A DNA stretch of 64,000 bases from an uncultured beta proteobacterium (lineage in GTDB: Bacteria; Pseudomonadota; Gammaproteobacteria; Burkholderiales; SG8-39). The translations under genes and the position numbers were made by a program. The notes beneath the pieces are model-generated. The model saw nothing but the letters and a program-made list of their open reading frames with translations, ran no database searches and was not told where the DNA came from. Below are positions 7,148 to 16,760 of the stretch, piece after piece (the stretch's first letter is position 1; each line of letters opens with the position of its first letter). The stretch lies in NCBI GenBank assembly GCA_963832685.1, contig CAWHUZ010000008.1:129638-193637 (forward strand), in the 5' to 3' direction.

Positions 7148-8896
7148 ATGCCCCCCGAAACACTCGGCCGCTACCGCATTGTCGGTGAGCTCGGGCGCGG
7201 CGCCACAGGAACCGTGTACCGCGCGGTCGACCCGCTAATCGAGCGTACTGTGGCAATCAAGACGCTCAACCCCAGCCTGCCGGAAGACGTTCTGAACGAC
7301 GTACGGGAGCGCTTCCTGCGTGAGGCGAAATCGGCAGGCCGCCTCAGCCATCCCAATCTGGTGACCATATACGACGTCGGCGTGGAGGGCGAGATTGCGT
7401 TTATCGCGATGGAGCTGCTGGAAGGGCAGTCGCTGCAGCATATGCTGCGCCGCCAAGGAAGGCTCGATTTCGCGACCGCGGCGGACTTTGCGGCCCAAAT
7501 CGCGGAAGGACTCGAGCACGCGCATCGTCACGCGATCGTGCATCGCGACGTGAAGCCGGCAAACGTCATCGTTTCGTCGACCGGGCACGCCAAGCTCACG
7601 GATTTCGGCGTCGCCTATGTGCCGTCTTCGTCGATGACGCAGACTGGCGTTGCCCTTGGATCCCCGAAGTACATGTCGCCCGAGCAGGTGCTCGGCCAGC
7701 CCGCAGATCCTCGGTCGGACATCTTCTCGCTCGGCGTGATGCTGTACGAGATGCTGGTGCATCGCACGCCATTCGAGAGCGGCGGCGAGATCGCGATGTT
7801 CGAGCTGATGCGGAGGATCATGGTCGAGCCGCATCGCAACGTGTCCGAGCTCGACCGCACGCTTCCGGCTGAGTTCGATCGCATTCTCGCGCGCGCGCTG
7901 GCCAAGAAGCCCGAGGAGCGCTACCAGCGCGCCGGTGAGATGGCGGAGGCCCTGCGCAAGGTTCGCGGCGTTCCCGGCCCCCCCGGACGCATCGCGCAGC
8001 TTGACGAGTCCGTTGTCATGCGCACGGCGTCGATAGACCAGACGAGCGAGCTTCTGCTCGCCGAGTTCGATGAGTTCGCGCGCGGCCTCGAAGACCGCCA
8101 GCAGGCCGAATTGCACGCCGAGATCGAGGCGCGCAGGCGCAAGAAAGTCGAATTGCAACGCTGGGCCGAGACGCAGGCGCGCCTGCGCGAGGAATACGAG
8201 CGCCAGCGCCAGGGCGAGAGCGCGGACTCGCCGTTGGCCGCTACCGCGCGACACAATGCCGCGATCGAGATGCTCAGGAAACAGGCGGCTGACCGCGTCG
8301 CGGTGCCCAAGCCGGCGCCCAGGACGGAGGACGTCGAGCGTCTCGACCGCAGCCTTCGCGCCGCGTTCCGCTATCTGGCCGAATTCGCGCAGGAGGTCAA
8401 TGCGGCGAGCCCGATCCTGGGATTCCGCTACCGGATGATCTACATGGGCGAACTGCCGCTGCTTAAGTTGACCGACGCGTTCGCGGATTTCCGCATGCGC
8501 AAGATCGGAGACCGGGAATATCATGACTTCGTGACCCTGTCATGCCGCTTGCGGCCGACGCGCGATGCGACGGTGGATCTGTCGACGCTGGACATCACCC
8601 GCTTCCAGCAGGAGCTCGACACGCTTCAGATAGAGAGTACGCGAAGGGACTTGAAGAACGATTTCAAGCAGATTGCGCGAGCCACTTTCGCCCTTGGCGC
8701 GATCCCGTGCCACGTGCGCCTCCGGGCGGACTACGACGCGTTCAGCGTTTCGGTCGAGCTGCTGAACGTCGGCAATCTGGGCCGCTCGCGCCGAATGTTC
8801 CCCCTCGAGGCATTCAGCGAGGATTTGGTCGACGAGCTTGCGCAGTACGTGCTCGGCCTCGATCGAAGCTTCGAAAACCGCCTAGAGCGATCTTGA
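7148..8896 (+). CDS. Hanks-type serine/threonine protein kinase with coiled-coil and an uncharacterised C-terminal domain
   Basis: Contains GELGRGATGTVYRA (P-loop), VAIK, HRDVKPANV, DFGVA and SPEQ motifs. Start taken at ATG 7148 (MPPETLGRYRI). The Glu/Arg-rich coiled coil and the last ~230 aa have no recognisable motif or TM segment. Confidence 0.85.
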   Translation: MPPETLGRYRIVGELGRGATGTVYRAVDPLIERTVAIKTLNPSLPEDVLNDVRERFLREAKSAGRLSHPNLVTIYDVGVEGEIAFIAMELLEGQSLQHMLRRQGRLDFATAADFAAQIAEGLEHAHRHAIVHRDVKPANVIVSSTGHAKLTDFGVAYVPSSSMTQTGVALGSPKYMSPEQVLGQPADPRSDIFSLGVMLYEMLVHRTPFESGGEIAMFELMRRIMVEPHRNVSELDRTLPAEFDRILARALAKKPEERYQRAGEMAEALRKVRGVPGPPGRIAQLDESVVMRTASIDQTSELLLAEFDEFARGLEDRQQAELHAEIEARRRKKVELQRWAETQARLREEYERQRQGESADSPLAATARHNAAIEMLRKQAADRVAVPKPAPRTEDVERLDRSLRAAFRYLAEFAQEVNAASPILGFRYRMIYMGELPLLKLTDAFADFRMRKIGDREYHDFVTLSCRLRPTRDATVDLSTLDITRFQQELDTLQIESTRRDLKNDFKQIARATFALGAIPCHVRLRADYDAFSVSVELLNVGNLGRSRRMFPLEAFSEDLVDELAQYVLGLDRSFENRLERS

Positions 8897-9549
8897 CAGG
8901 CGCAGTCCGCGCGATTGCGGCACTGTTTGTCGCTTCTGCGATCGGCGTGCTCGGATGGTGGCTCTGGCCGCAGATGCCGGGCGCCCAGTCGGCAGTTCGC
9001 GAGGTCGAGAATCTGATCAGGTCCTGGGGCGCATGGGGCGTGCTCGGGTCCGTCGGCTTGATGGTCGCGCACTCGTTCCTGCCCTTTCCCTCGGAAATCA
9101 TCGCGCTGGCGAACGGCATGCTGTACGGCCCGCTGTGGGGATCGGTGATCACTTGGGTCGGTGCAATGCTCGGCGCATCGGCGGCGTTCGGCGTCGTGCG
9201 CTCGCTCGGCCGCCCGGTGCTTCGCGGTCTGCTTTCCGCGCCAATGCATGCCCACCTGTCACGCTGGTCGCGCGAGCGCGGCGGGCTCGCACTGCTGGTT
9301 GCGCGCCTGATTCCGGTGATTGCGTTCAATCTCATCAACTACGCGGCGGCACTTACCGAGATCACTTGGTGGACCTTTCTGTGGGCTACCGGGCTGGGCA
9401 TCCTGCCGTTGACGATTGTTCTCGCGGTGCTGGGCGATAACGTGCTCGATATGCCGGCGTGGGGCTGGGCGTTGCTGCTTGCAGGGGTAGTGGCCGCTTG
9501 GTTGCTGTTGCATCGTAGAGGTCGCGGCGGATCTGCGCCTGTTTATTGA
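8893..9549 (+). CDS. TVP38/TMEM64 (DedA-related) family membrane protein
   Basis: Multi-TM protein with the family-typical FLPFPSEIIALANGMLYG and LIPVIAFNLINYAA segments. The upstream part of the ORF overlaps the kinase gene. I chose the TTG at 8893, which overlaps the kinase TGA and preserves the first TM helix. GTG 8947 and ATG 8974 are alternatives. Confidence 0.65.
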   Translation: MTGAVRAIAALFVASAIGVLGWWLWPQMPGAQSAVREVENLIRSWGAWGVLGSVGLMVAHSFLPFPSEIIALANGMLYGPLWGSVITWVGAMLGASAAFGVVRSLGRPVLRGLLSAPMHAHLSRWSRERGGLALLVARLIPVIAFNLINYAAALTEITWWTFLWATGLGILPLTIVLAVLGDNVLDMPAWGWALLLAGVVAAWLLLHRRGRGGSAPVY

Positions 9550-9559
9550 TTTGTCTCAA
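9546..9559. promoter_or_regulatory. FNR/CRP-family-like box TTGATTTGTCTCAA
   Basis: Matches 9 of 10 positions of TTGAT-N4-ATCAA and is embedded in the larger inverted repeat TATTGA-N6-TCAATA. It lies about 170 nt upstream of the DsrE-like ATG. Confidence 0.3.
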
Positions 9560-9728
9560 TACCGCGCGCAGGAACGTTCCAGCATGATGTAAGGTTCGAA
9601 GCCTGGCCGCCGGGATTCGGTGGCGCGAATGGGGCCATTAACGAACTTGTTGGCGGGGACCGGCAGGTACTTCCATAATCGGTCGGCATCTTGCGGCGGG
9701 CGGGTCGCATCGGCAGTAAGAGGATGAC

Positions 9729-10118
9729 ATGTCGAATCGAATTAGTGTCATGGTGATTTCGGGCAGCCGTGAGAGGCTGCAGATGGCGGCAATGGTCGCG
9801 TCGGTGGGCGCGGTAAGCGGCAACGACGTCCATGTCTTCCTGTCGATGAATGCGCTGTCATATTTCATCAAAGGTGCCGCAAAGCAGCCCGATGCCGAGG
9901 GAGAAATCGGGACGCTGATGGCGGAAAAGAAGGTGCCCCCCTTCCGCGAACTGTTCGAGAACGCGGTCGACCTCGGTGAGGCGAAGATCTATCCTTGCTC
10001 CATGGCGATGGACGTGCTCGCGTTGGAGCAGAAGGATTTGGTGGATTTTCTCGGCGAGCCGATGGGACTTACGAAATTCCTAGACGAAGCCGCTTCAGGC
10101 CAGGTCTGGTCGTTCTGA
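9729..10118 (+). CDS. DsrE/DsrF-like family sulfur-relay protein
   Basis: 129 aa. N-terminal ISVMVISGS fold signature and a single Cys (Cys90) in KIYPCSMAMDV, typical of DsrE-like proteins. SD AAGAGGA upstream. Followed by tusA. Confidence 0.7.
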   Translation: MSNRISVMVISGSRERLQMAAMVASVGAVSGNDVHVFLSMNALSYFIKGAAKQPDAEGEIGTLMAEKKVPPFRELFENAVDLGEAKIYPCSMAMDVLALEQKDLVDFLGEPMGLTKFLDEAASGQVWSF

Positions 10119-10140
10119 CAACAGTGCGAGAGACACGCCG

Positions 10141-10371
10141 ATGATCACGAGAAAGCTGGTGGATGCGCGGGGCAGTTTCTGCCCGGGACCGCTCATGGAG
10201 CTGATCGCAGCAATGAAGGCGGCACAGGTTGGCGAGGAGCTGGAAGTGCTCTCCACCGACAAAGGGTCGGCGCACGACATTCCTGAGTGGATCAACAAGG
10301 TGAAGCACGTGCACGTCGAAACCCGCGAAGAGGAGGGGGTGTGGCACGTGATAGTTCGTAAGGCGAAGTAG
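10141..10371 (+). CDS. tusA: TusA/SirA family sulfurtransferase
   Basis: 76 aa with the canonical D.RG..CPGPLM active-site motif (Cys14). Confidence 0.85.
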   Translation: MITRKLVDARGSFCPGPLMELIAAMKAAQVGEELEVLSTDKGSAHDIPEWINKVKHVHVETREEEGVWHVIVRKAK

Positions 10372-10413
10372 GGAAGTTTCGTCCGATTACACGAGCGACA
10401 TGAGGAGGCGGCG

Positions 10414-11547
10414 ATGAGAATTCTAGTCGTAGGCGGGGGAATGGGCGGCACGATCCTGGCGAACAATCTGGCGAGACGTCTCGTCGGCGAGTTGCGTGCG
10501 GGGAAGGCGCGGATAACGATGCTTTCCGCGTCCGACAAGCACATGTATCAGCCGGGGCTGCTATATCTGGCGATCGGGAGGATGACGCCCGACGAGCTCT
10601 ACCGCGACCAGCGTAGCCTGCTCGAGCCGGGCATCGAATTTCACGCCGATCCGGTCGAAGAATTTCAGTTGGACAAGAACCAGGTCAAGACCAAGAGCGG
10701 CAAGATCCACAGCTACGACCTGATCGTGATCGCAACCGGGTCGCGACCGGTGGCGGAGGAAATCCCGGGCCTGGCCGAGAACGCCGAGCAGTTCTACACC
10801 GAAGAGTCGGCGCTCAAGATGTTCAAGCGCCTGCAGGCGTTCCAGGGCGGCAGGGTGGTGATCACGGTCGGGGTGCCGCACAAGTGCCCGATGGCGCCGC
10901 TCGAGATCACGTTCATGCTGTACGACTACTTCAAGGACCGCGGGATCCTGGACAAGACCAAGCTTCACTACACCTACCCGATCGGGCGCACGCATTCGCT
11001 GGAGAACGTTGCCAAGTGGGCGACCCCCGAGATGGATCGACTCGGCATCACCTACGAGACGCTGTTCAACATGAAGGAGGTCGACGGCGCGAAGAAGGTG
11101 GTGCGCAGCGAGGAAGGTACGGAAGCGCCGTTCGACCTGCTGATCACTATTCCGGCCCACAGGGGCATGGAGGTGATCGAGAAGAACGGTCTTGGACAGC
11201 GTGGCTTCATTCCCACGCACCGGCATCGCTTGAATATGGAGGGGCGCGAAAACGTCTTCGTGGTCGGCGACACCACCAACTTGCCCATAAGCAAGGCGGG
11301 TTCGACGGCTCACTTTGAGGCCGAGGCACTGGCCGAGAACATCGCGGCGATGGTCAAGATGGGTACGCCGGTGCGCGACTACGACGGCAAGGTGTTCTGC
11401 TTCATCGAGGCGGGCAAGGACCGGGCGACATATGCCATGTTCAACTATCAGAATCCGCCCGATCCGAAGGCGCCCACGCGCGCGGTCCACTGGTTCAAGG
11501 TCGCGTACAACAAGCTCTATTGGGCGTCCGCCCGCGGTCTGCTCTGA
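10414..11547 (+). CDS. FAD-dependent pyridine nucleotide-disulfide oxidoreductase, sulfide:quinone oxidoreductase-like
   Basis: N-terminal Rossmann motif ILVVGGGMGG, a second dinucleotide motif VVITVG, HKCPMAPLE (Cys158) and a second Cys (Cys329) at positions comparable to SQR redox cysteines, and VVGD near the C-terminus. SD GAGGAGG. At 377 aa it lacks a long C-terminal amphipathic tail. Confidence 0.7.
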   Translation: MRILVVGGGMGGTILANNLARRLVGELRAGKARITMLSASDKHMYQPGLLYLAIGRMTPDELYRDQRSLLEPGIEFHADPVEEFQLDKNQVKTKSGKIHSYDLIVIATGSRPVAEEIPGLAENAEQFYTEESALKMFKRLQAFQGGRVVITVGVPHKCPMAPLEITFMLYDYFKDRGILDKTKLHYTYPIGRTHSLENVAKWATPEMDRLGITYETLFNMKEVDGAKKVVRSEEGTEAPFDLLITIPAHRGMEVIEKNGLGQRGFIPTHRHRLNMEGRENVFVVGDTTNLPISKAGSTAHFEAEALAENIAAMVKMGTPVRDYDGKVFCFIEAGKDRATYAMFNYQNPPDPKAPTRAVHWFKVAYNKLYWASARGLL

Positions 11548-11557
11548 GGAGACGACG

Positions 11558-12160
11558 ATGAGCACCTCAAACGAGGCGATTTCGACCGAGCTCGAGGTCC
11601 AGCGCGTAGTCGAGGCCGCGCGCGACGCGCTAACCGACGAAATGGTGGGACGCCTGACCGAAGCGGTGGGCGAGGGCCTGAGTCTGCTCGACCAGGTCAA
11701 CCGTTCCGGGCTGGAAAAGGCGCTACCTTCGATTGCCAGGATGGTTCGTGACGGCGACCTGGAGCGGCTGGTTCAACTGGCGCGCGTCTATGGATCCGCA
11801 GAAGATGCGCTGAGCGACGAGATGATCGGGCGCCTGGCGGAAACGATGGCGGAGGGGCTTTCCTTGATGGACCGCCTGAGCCGCGGCGGCGCACTGCATC
11901 TTGTCTTGATGCTCGAGAAGATGCAGGCGTCCGGCGCGCTGGAGCGCATCGCAGTGACGCTGCCGAAGGTCATGGAACGGCTCGAGCACATCGAGCACGT
12001 GCTCGGAAGCCTGGAGTCGGCGGTCGTGGAGACCGAAAAGATGTCTGCGCCGCAAGGCGGGCTTGGCGGACTGTGGCAAATCGCGCGCGACCCGGAGACG
12101 CAGCGCGGCATGCAGTTGCTGCAGAGCTTCAACAGGAATCTGCGAAGCCAGGCAAAGTGA
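11558..12160 (+). CDS. DUF1641 domain-containing protein
   Basis: Internally duplicated helical repeats (DALTDEMVGRLTEAVGEGLSLLD / DALSDEMIGRLAETMAEGLSLMD) characteristic of DUF1641. SD GAGGA. Located immediately after the SQR-like gene, as is commonly seen for this family. Confidence 0.7.
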   Translation: MSTSNEAISTELEVQRVVEAARDALTDEMVGRLTEAVGEGLSLLDQVNRSGLEKALPSIARMVRDGDLERLVQLARVYGSAEDALSDEMIGRLAETMAEGLSLMDRLSRGGALHLVLMLEKMQASGALERIAVTLPKVMERLEHIEHVLGSLESAVVETEKMSAPQGGLGGLWQIARDPETQRGMQLLQSFNRNLRSQAK

Positions 12161-12218
12161 CCGTCTGCTGACCGGAACGGCCGGACCTACCGGCCGCGAT
12201 CGGGCTCCTTGCGCAATC

Positions 12219-12237
12219 TAATGAGAATGGTTATCAT
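12219..12237 (+). promoter_or_regulatory. Fur-box-like operator upstream of the FTR1 permease
   Basis: TAATGAGAATGGTTATCAT matches 14 of 17 aligned positions of the Fur consensus (GA)TAATGATAATCATTATC. It sits in a low-GC spacer 160 nt upstream of the iron permease ATG. Confidence 0.5.
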
Positions 12238-12397
12238 CGGAGAACCTATCTCACATTGAACCGGTTTCCATTCTGTCCCTATTCTCTATCCGTTTGAATA
12301 GAAATGTGAAAAATGACAGAGAGGTCCACTTTGCCTGAGGCTCGCTTGTTCAGCCGAATCTCCGGGGGGTAGGGCGGGACGCCGTAGGAGTTCGAGA

Positions 12398-13243
12398 ATG
12401 CTCGGGTCTGCAGTCGTCGTATTTCGCGAGACGCTGGAAGCTGCGTTGATCGTCGCGATCGTGATGGGCGCGAGTCGTGGCGTGGCGTCGCGCGGGCGCT
12501 GGATCGCGGGCGGGGTTGTGCTCGGAATCGTCGGCGCGCTGGTCGTCGCCGCGTTCGCTGGCGCGATTTCGGACGCCGTGCAGGGGCGCGGCCAGGAATT
12601 GTTCAATGCCGGCGTGCTGCTGGTCGCGGTGGCGATGCTCGCCTGGCACAACGTCTGGATGAGCTCGCATGCGCGCAAGCACGTCGAGGAGATGCGACAT
12701 CTCGGCCACGACGTGAGCGTCGGCGCGAAACCGCTTTCCGCAATGCTTGCCGTCACCGCGCTGGCGGTGCTGCGCGAAGGCGCCGAGACGGTGCTGTTTC
12801 TGTACGGCCTGATGGCGTCCGGCGGAAGCGCCGGACTGGCGCTTGGTGCAATCCTGGGGCTGGTGGGCGGAACGGGGATCGGCGTGCTGCTCTATTTCGG
12901 CCTGCTGCGCGTGCCGCTGCGGCACTTCTTTACTGTCACGGGCGTGATCGTCCTGCTGCTCGCGGCGGGACTCGCGGCGAGCGCTGCCGGCTTCCTGGTC
13001 CAGGCGGGACTGCTGCCTGCCATCGTCAACCAGGTCTGGGACACGTCAGGCATTCTGAGCGTCGGAAGCATCGCGGGCCGCATGTTGCACGTGCTGGTCG
13101 GCTACAACGACCGTCCCACGGGCGTAGAACTGCTGTTCTACATTGTGACGCTGGGGACGATCCTCGCCCTGATGCGCATTGTCGGCGTCCGCACGACTCG
13201 CGCCGCGCGCGCCCAGGCCGCGAAGGAAGGCGCACCCGCGTAG
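12398..13243 (+). CDS. FTR1/EfeU family high-affinity iron permease
   Basis: Seven-TM protein with two REXXE motifs (FRETLEA near the N-terminus and LREGAET in the middle). SD AGGAG. Confidence 0.85.
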   Translation: MLGSAVVVFRETLEAALIVAIVMGASRGVASRGRWIAGGVVLGIVGALVVAAFAGAISDAVQGRGQELFNAGVLLVAVAMLAWHNVWMSSHARKHVEEMRHLGHDVSVGAKPLSAMLAVTALAVLREGAETVLFLYGLMASGGSAGLALGAILGLVGGTGIGVLLYFGLLRVPLRHFFTVTGVIVLLLAAGLAASAAGFLVQAGLLPAIVNQVWDTSGILSVGSIAGRMLHVLVGYNDRPTGVELLFYIVTLGTILALMRIVGVRTTRAARAQAAKEGAPA

Positions 13244-13271
13244 ACGGCCGATCGCGCGCTACACTGCGCGC

Positions 13272-14966
13272 GTGCCTATCCGCAAGCTTCGGTCGCGCAT
13301 TACGGTCGAGGGCCTCGACCGTGCGCCGCATCGCGCCTTCCTGCGCGCGCTTGGGCTTTCCGACCTCGATCTGGACAAGCCTTTTGTAGGCGTGGCCTCG
13401 ACCGACGGTCGCGTCACGCCCTGCAACGCGCTGTTGGGTGGATTCGCCAGCGCGGCCTGCGCCGCGATACGCGAGGCCGGGGGAATCCCGTTCGATTTCG
13501 CGTCCATATCGGTCGCGGATTCGATGTCCATGGGCCATGGCGGGATGCGCTATTCCCTGGTCTCGCGCGAAATCATCGCCGACGGCGTCGAGGCGGTCGT
13601 CCGCGGGCATGCTTACGATGCATTGGTGACATTTGCAGGTTGCGACAAGACATTGCCGGGGATGATGATGGCGATGGTGCGCCTCAACCTGCCGTCGACA
13701 TTCGTCTACGGCGGTGCGGCCCTGCCCGGGGTCTGGCGCGGGCACGACGTCACCGTGCTCGACACCTACGAAGCGGTTGGTGCGGTGATGGCTGGCGATA
13801 TGGAGCGCGCAGATCTCGATCAGCTAGAGCACGTGTGCCTGCCGACGCTGGGTTCTTGCCCCGGGCAGTTCACCGCCAACACCATGGCGATGGTCTCGGA
13901 GACGCTCGGTCTGGCGCTACCAGGATCCGCCACGATGCCGGCGGTGGCGCCTGAGAGGCAGGGCCAGGCCCGGGAAGCGGGGCGCATCGCGTTGGACCTG
14001 CTGCGCAGCGGCGGACCGCTGCCCCTCGACCTCGTGACGCGCAAGAGCCTGGAGAACGCCTGCGCCGCGGTCGCCGCGACCGGCGGTTCGACCAACGCGG
14101 GGCTGCACATTCCCGCAATCGCGCACGAAGCCGGCATTCGATTCTCGCTCGATGATTTCGCGCGCGTATCCAAGCGCACGCCGCTGATTGCCGACATGAA
14201 GCCGGGCGGGCGCTTTCTTGCCAAGGATCTGCACGCGGTGGGCGGAGTCTATGCGGTGCTGAAGGAGCTGTTGCGGCGCGGCGTGCTGCACGGCGACTGT
14301 CTTACGATCTTCGGCACGACGCTCGAGCAGGAGCTCAAAGGTCACCCCGGCGCCGACGGTGAGGTGGTGCGTCGCAAACCGCTTGGCGGGAGCGGCGGCA
14401 TCGTGGTCCTGAAAGGCAACCTGTGTCCCGACGGGGCGCTGATCAAGATAGCCGGACTGAGCTCGCTCACGTTCGAGGGCGTTGCGCGCGTGTTCGATTC
14501 CGAGGAGGCGTGCGCGGACGTAGTGCGCAGGCGCGGCTACAAGGCCGGTGACGTGCTCGTTATTCGCTACGAAGGCCCAAGGGGCGGGCCGGGAATGCGC
14601 GAGATGCTCGGCGTCACGGCGTTGATCTACGGTCAGGGGATGGGCGAGAAGGTGGCGCTCGTTACCGACGGGAGATTTTCCGGTGCGACGCGCGGGATGA
14701 TGATCGGCTACCTGTCGCCGGAGGCCGCCGTGGGCGGCCCGCTCGCGCTCGTCAATGACGGCGATCGCGTAAAGATCGACGCGGGAAAGGGCGAGCTCTC
14801 GTTGCTCGTGTCGGCGGCTGAGCTGGTGCGCCGACGTCGATCGTGGAAGCCGCCGCATCGTGCGCCGCCCGCGGGTGCGCTGGAGAAGTATGCGGCGCAG
14901 GTGGGATCGGCATTCCGGGGCGCGGTCACCCACAGCGGGGGCGCCAGCAAGAGACGGAGGAAGTAG
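13272..14966 (+). CDS. ilvD: dihydroxy-acid dehydratase (IlvD/Edd family)
   Basis: Family motifs LRS....[15 protein letters not shown]...[16 protein letters not shown] and TDGRFSG. Start set at GTG 13272 because the longer ORF overlaps the FTR1 gene. Confidence 0.8.
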   Translation: MPIRKLRSRITVEGLDRAPHRAFLRALGLSDLDLDKPFVGVASTDGRVTPCNALLGGFASAACAAIREAGGIPFDFASISVADSMSMGHGGMRYSLVSREIIADGVEAVVRGHAYDALVTFAGCDKTLPGMMMAMVRLNLPSTFVYGGAALPGVWRGHDVTVLDTYEAVGAVMAGDMERADLDQLEHVCLPTLGSCPGQFTANTMAMVSETLGLALPGSATMPAVAPERQGQAREAGRIALDLLRSGGPLPLDLVTRKSLENACAAVAATGGSTNAGLHIPAIAHEAGIRFSLDDFARVSKRTPLIADMKPGGRFLAKDLHAVGGVYAVLKELLRRGVLHGDCLTIFGTTLEQELKGHPGADGEVVRRKPLGGSGGIVVLKGNLCPDGALIKIAGLSSLTFEGVARVFDSEEACADVVRRRGYKAGDVLVIRYEGPRGGPGMREMLGVTALIYGQGMGEKVALVTDGRFSGATRGMMIGYLSPEAAVGGPLALVNDGDRVKIDAGKGELSLLVSAAELVRRRRSWKPPHRAPPAGALEKYAAQVGSAFRGAVTHSGGASKRRRK

Positions 14967-14976
14967 ACGGCCGACG

Positions 14977-16566
14977 TCAAGCCGGCAGCATGGACTCGGC
15001 CAGCGCGCGAAGTCTGCCCTTCTGGATTTTAGTGGCGTTCGCACCCGGCGTGACCGGGAATTCTTCCACCGCGAAGGCGCGCACTGGAACCTTGTAGGCT
15101 GCGAGCCTGCCCGCCACGAACGCCAGCAGCGCCGCTTCATCCAGCGCAGCCTGCGGCTCGAGCACGACGAAAGCGACCGGCTGCAGGCGGTCGCGGCGCG
15201 GCACGCCGACCACCTGGCAGGCGGAAACACCCGGGAACGCTTGAACCACTACCTCGATTTCCGGCGGGCTCACTAGAAATCCGCCCAGACGCAGGGCGTC
15301 GCCGATGCGGGCAAGAAAGGCGAAGCGTCCGTCGGCATGCGTGCAGCCAAGGTCGCCGGAGCGGTAGTACCCGTCGTCGGTGAGCGCACGTGCGCTTGCC
15401 TCCGGGTCGCCGAAATAGCCGACCATGCGGCTGTCCGGCGCGTAGAACTCGAGCTCACCCGCGGCGCCATGCGCAAGAATTTCGCCGCTCTCCGGGTCGC
15501 GCGCCCGCACTTTGGCGGCCGCGCTTACCGGCCTGCCGCCGGCTGGCGCGCGCTCCTCCAGTGGCGCGTTCTCGTCCTGGCGCGCGAACAGCGCCTGGAT
15601 CTCGCTCATGCCGTATAGACCAACTAGCCTGAGGCCGCGCGCTTGCGCCCGAGCGGCGATGTCGCCGTGCGCGGGGCTGAACGCCGCATAGCCGAAGAAT
15701 CGAACGCCCGGAAACGGTTGTCGCGCCGCACTCTGCTCTAGAAGCTGGGCGACGGCCTCGTCGGTGCCGTTCGCGTGCGTCACGCGATGTATCGCGATGT
15801 CATTCGCCGCCTGCGCCGCGTTCCACGCCGGGCGCATGACGAGGGGCCGCCCGGCAGCGACGGCGGCCATCGCGCTGCAAAAGCCGTACACCCCGCAGAG
15901 CGGGGGAGCGAGCAGCATTACCGAATCTTCGTCCAACCCGAATACGTGCGCGACGTTGGTCGCGTGCGCGATCACTCCGTGCTGGTCATGCAGGACGAAT
16001 TTCGGGGTGCTCGTCGTGCCCGACGTGGTGAAAATGACACAACCCGCCTCGGGCGTTGCCGCGCTTTCAACCAAGGCGGCGCCCGACGCAAGTGTCTCGT
16101 AACCGACGGCAGATTTGCCGACAACGGCTCGGGGCGGTCGAGCGCCATCTTCCGAATAGACGACAATGGACTCGAGACGCTCCAGCGCGGCCGGGTCGCA
16201 TTGCGCGAGAATCGACGCGAAATCAATACCTTTGAACCCCGGCCAAAGCACGAGCACGCGCGCGCCGGAGCGCTCCACGATGTCGGCGACTTCATGGCTC
16301 CGGAAGCGCGTATTGACCGAGACCGCGATCGCGCCGAGCTGCGCGCAGGCAAAAAATGTCGCAAGCCATGCGGGGACGTTGGGCAGCCACAGCGCGACCC
16401 GGTCGCCGGGTCCGACGCCGAGCCGCTCGAGACCGTGCGCGACCCGGCGGCTCTCTTCCGCCAGCTCGCGAAAGCCCACCGGCCGCCCGCGATCGATCAA
16501 CATCGGACCGGCAAGCGCCGCGCGTCGGGCCAGAAGCTGCTCAAGCGTATGTGGAGGGAAATTCAT
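14977..16566 (-). CDS. AMP-dependent synthetase/ligase (acyl-CoA synthetase family)
   Basis: AMP-binding motif FTTSGTTSTPKFV, YGMSE, the YRSGDLG hinge and a C-terminal KIQK. Confidence 0.8.
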   Translation of the reverse strand: MNFPPHTLEQLLARRAALAGPMLIDRGRPVGFRELAEESRRVAHGLERLGVGPGDRVALWLPNVPAWLATFFACAQLGAIAVSVNTRFRSHEVADIVERSGARVLVLWPGFKGIDFASILAQCDPAALERLESIVVYSEDGARPPRAVVGKSAVGYETLASGAALVESAATPEAGCVIFTTSGTTSTPKFVLHDQHGVIAHATNVAHVFGLDEDSVMLLAPPLCGVYGFCSAMAAVAAGRPLVMRPAWNAAQAANDIAIHRVTHANGTDEAVAQLLEQSAARQPFPGVRFFGYAAFSPAHGDIAARAQARGLRLVGLYGMSEIQALFARQDENAPLEERAPAGGRPVSAAAKVRARDPESGEILAHGAAGELEFYAPDSRMVGYFGDPEASARALTDDGYYRSGDLGCTHADGRFAFLARIGDALRLGGFLVSPPEIEVVVQAFPGVSACQVVGVPRRDRLQPVAFVVLEPQAALDEAALLAFVAGRLAAYKVPVRAFAVEEFPVTPGANATKIQKGRLRALAESMLPA

Positions 16567-16760
16567 TTACGATCGCATCGCGCAACGTGCGCGCGACTCA
16601 ATGCAATCATAAATGTTTGCGAATCGTCGTGTGCAAAGTCACGCTTGCGCGTTGTATTCCGCGAATGGATTCGCTACGATGCACGCTCGCTAGCGCCGCT
16701 CGCGGCGCGACTGCGGCTTGGGAGATGTCCGGGACGACATCGGACAGACAAGGAGAACCT

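Noticed and set aside
7235-8524. 429-aa minus-strand ORF
   Set aside because: Antisense to the Ser/Thr kinase gene, whose catalytic motifs fix the coding strand.
10561-11700. 379-aa minus-strand ORF
   Set aside because: Antisense to the SQR-like flavoprotein gene, which has Rossmann motifs and a strong SD.
12313-12372. 19-codon ORF (MTERSTLPEARLFSRISGG) in the FTR1 leader
   Set aside because: It has no Shine-Dalgarno and no recognisable leader-peptide logic. Most likely a chance ORF. It is mentioned only because the leader is long.
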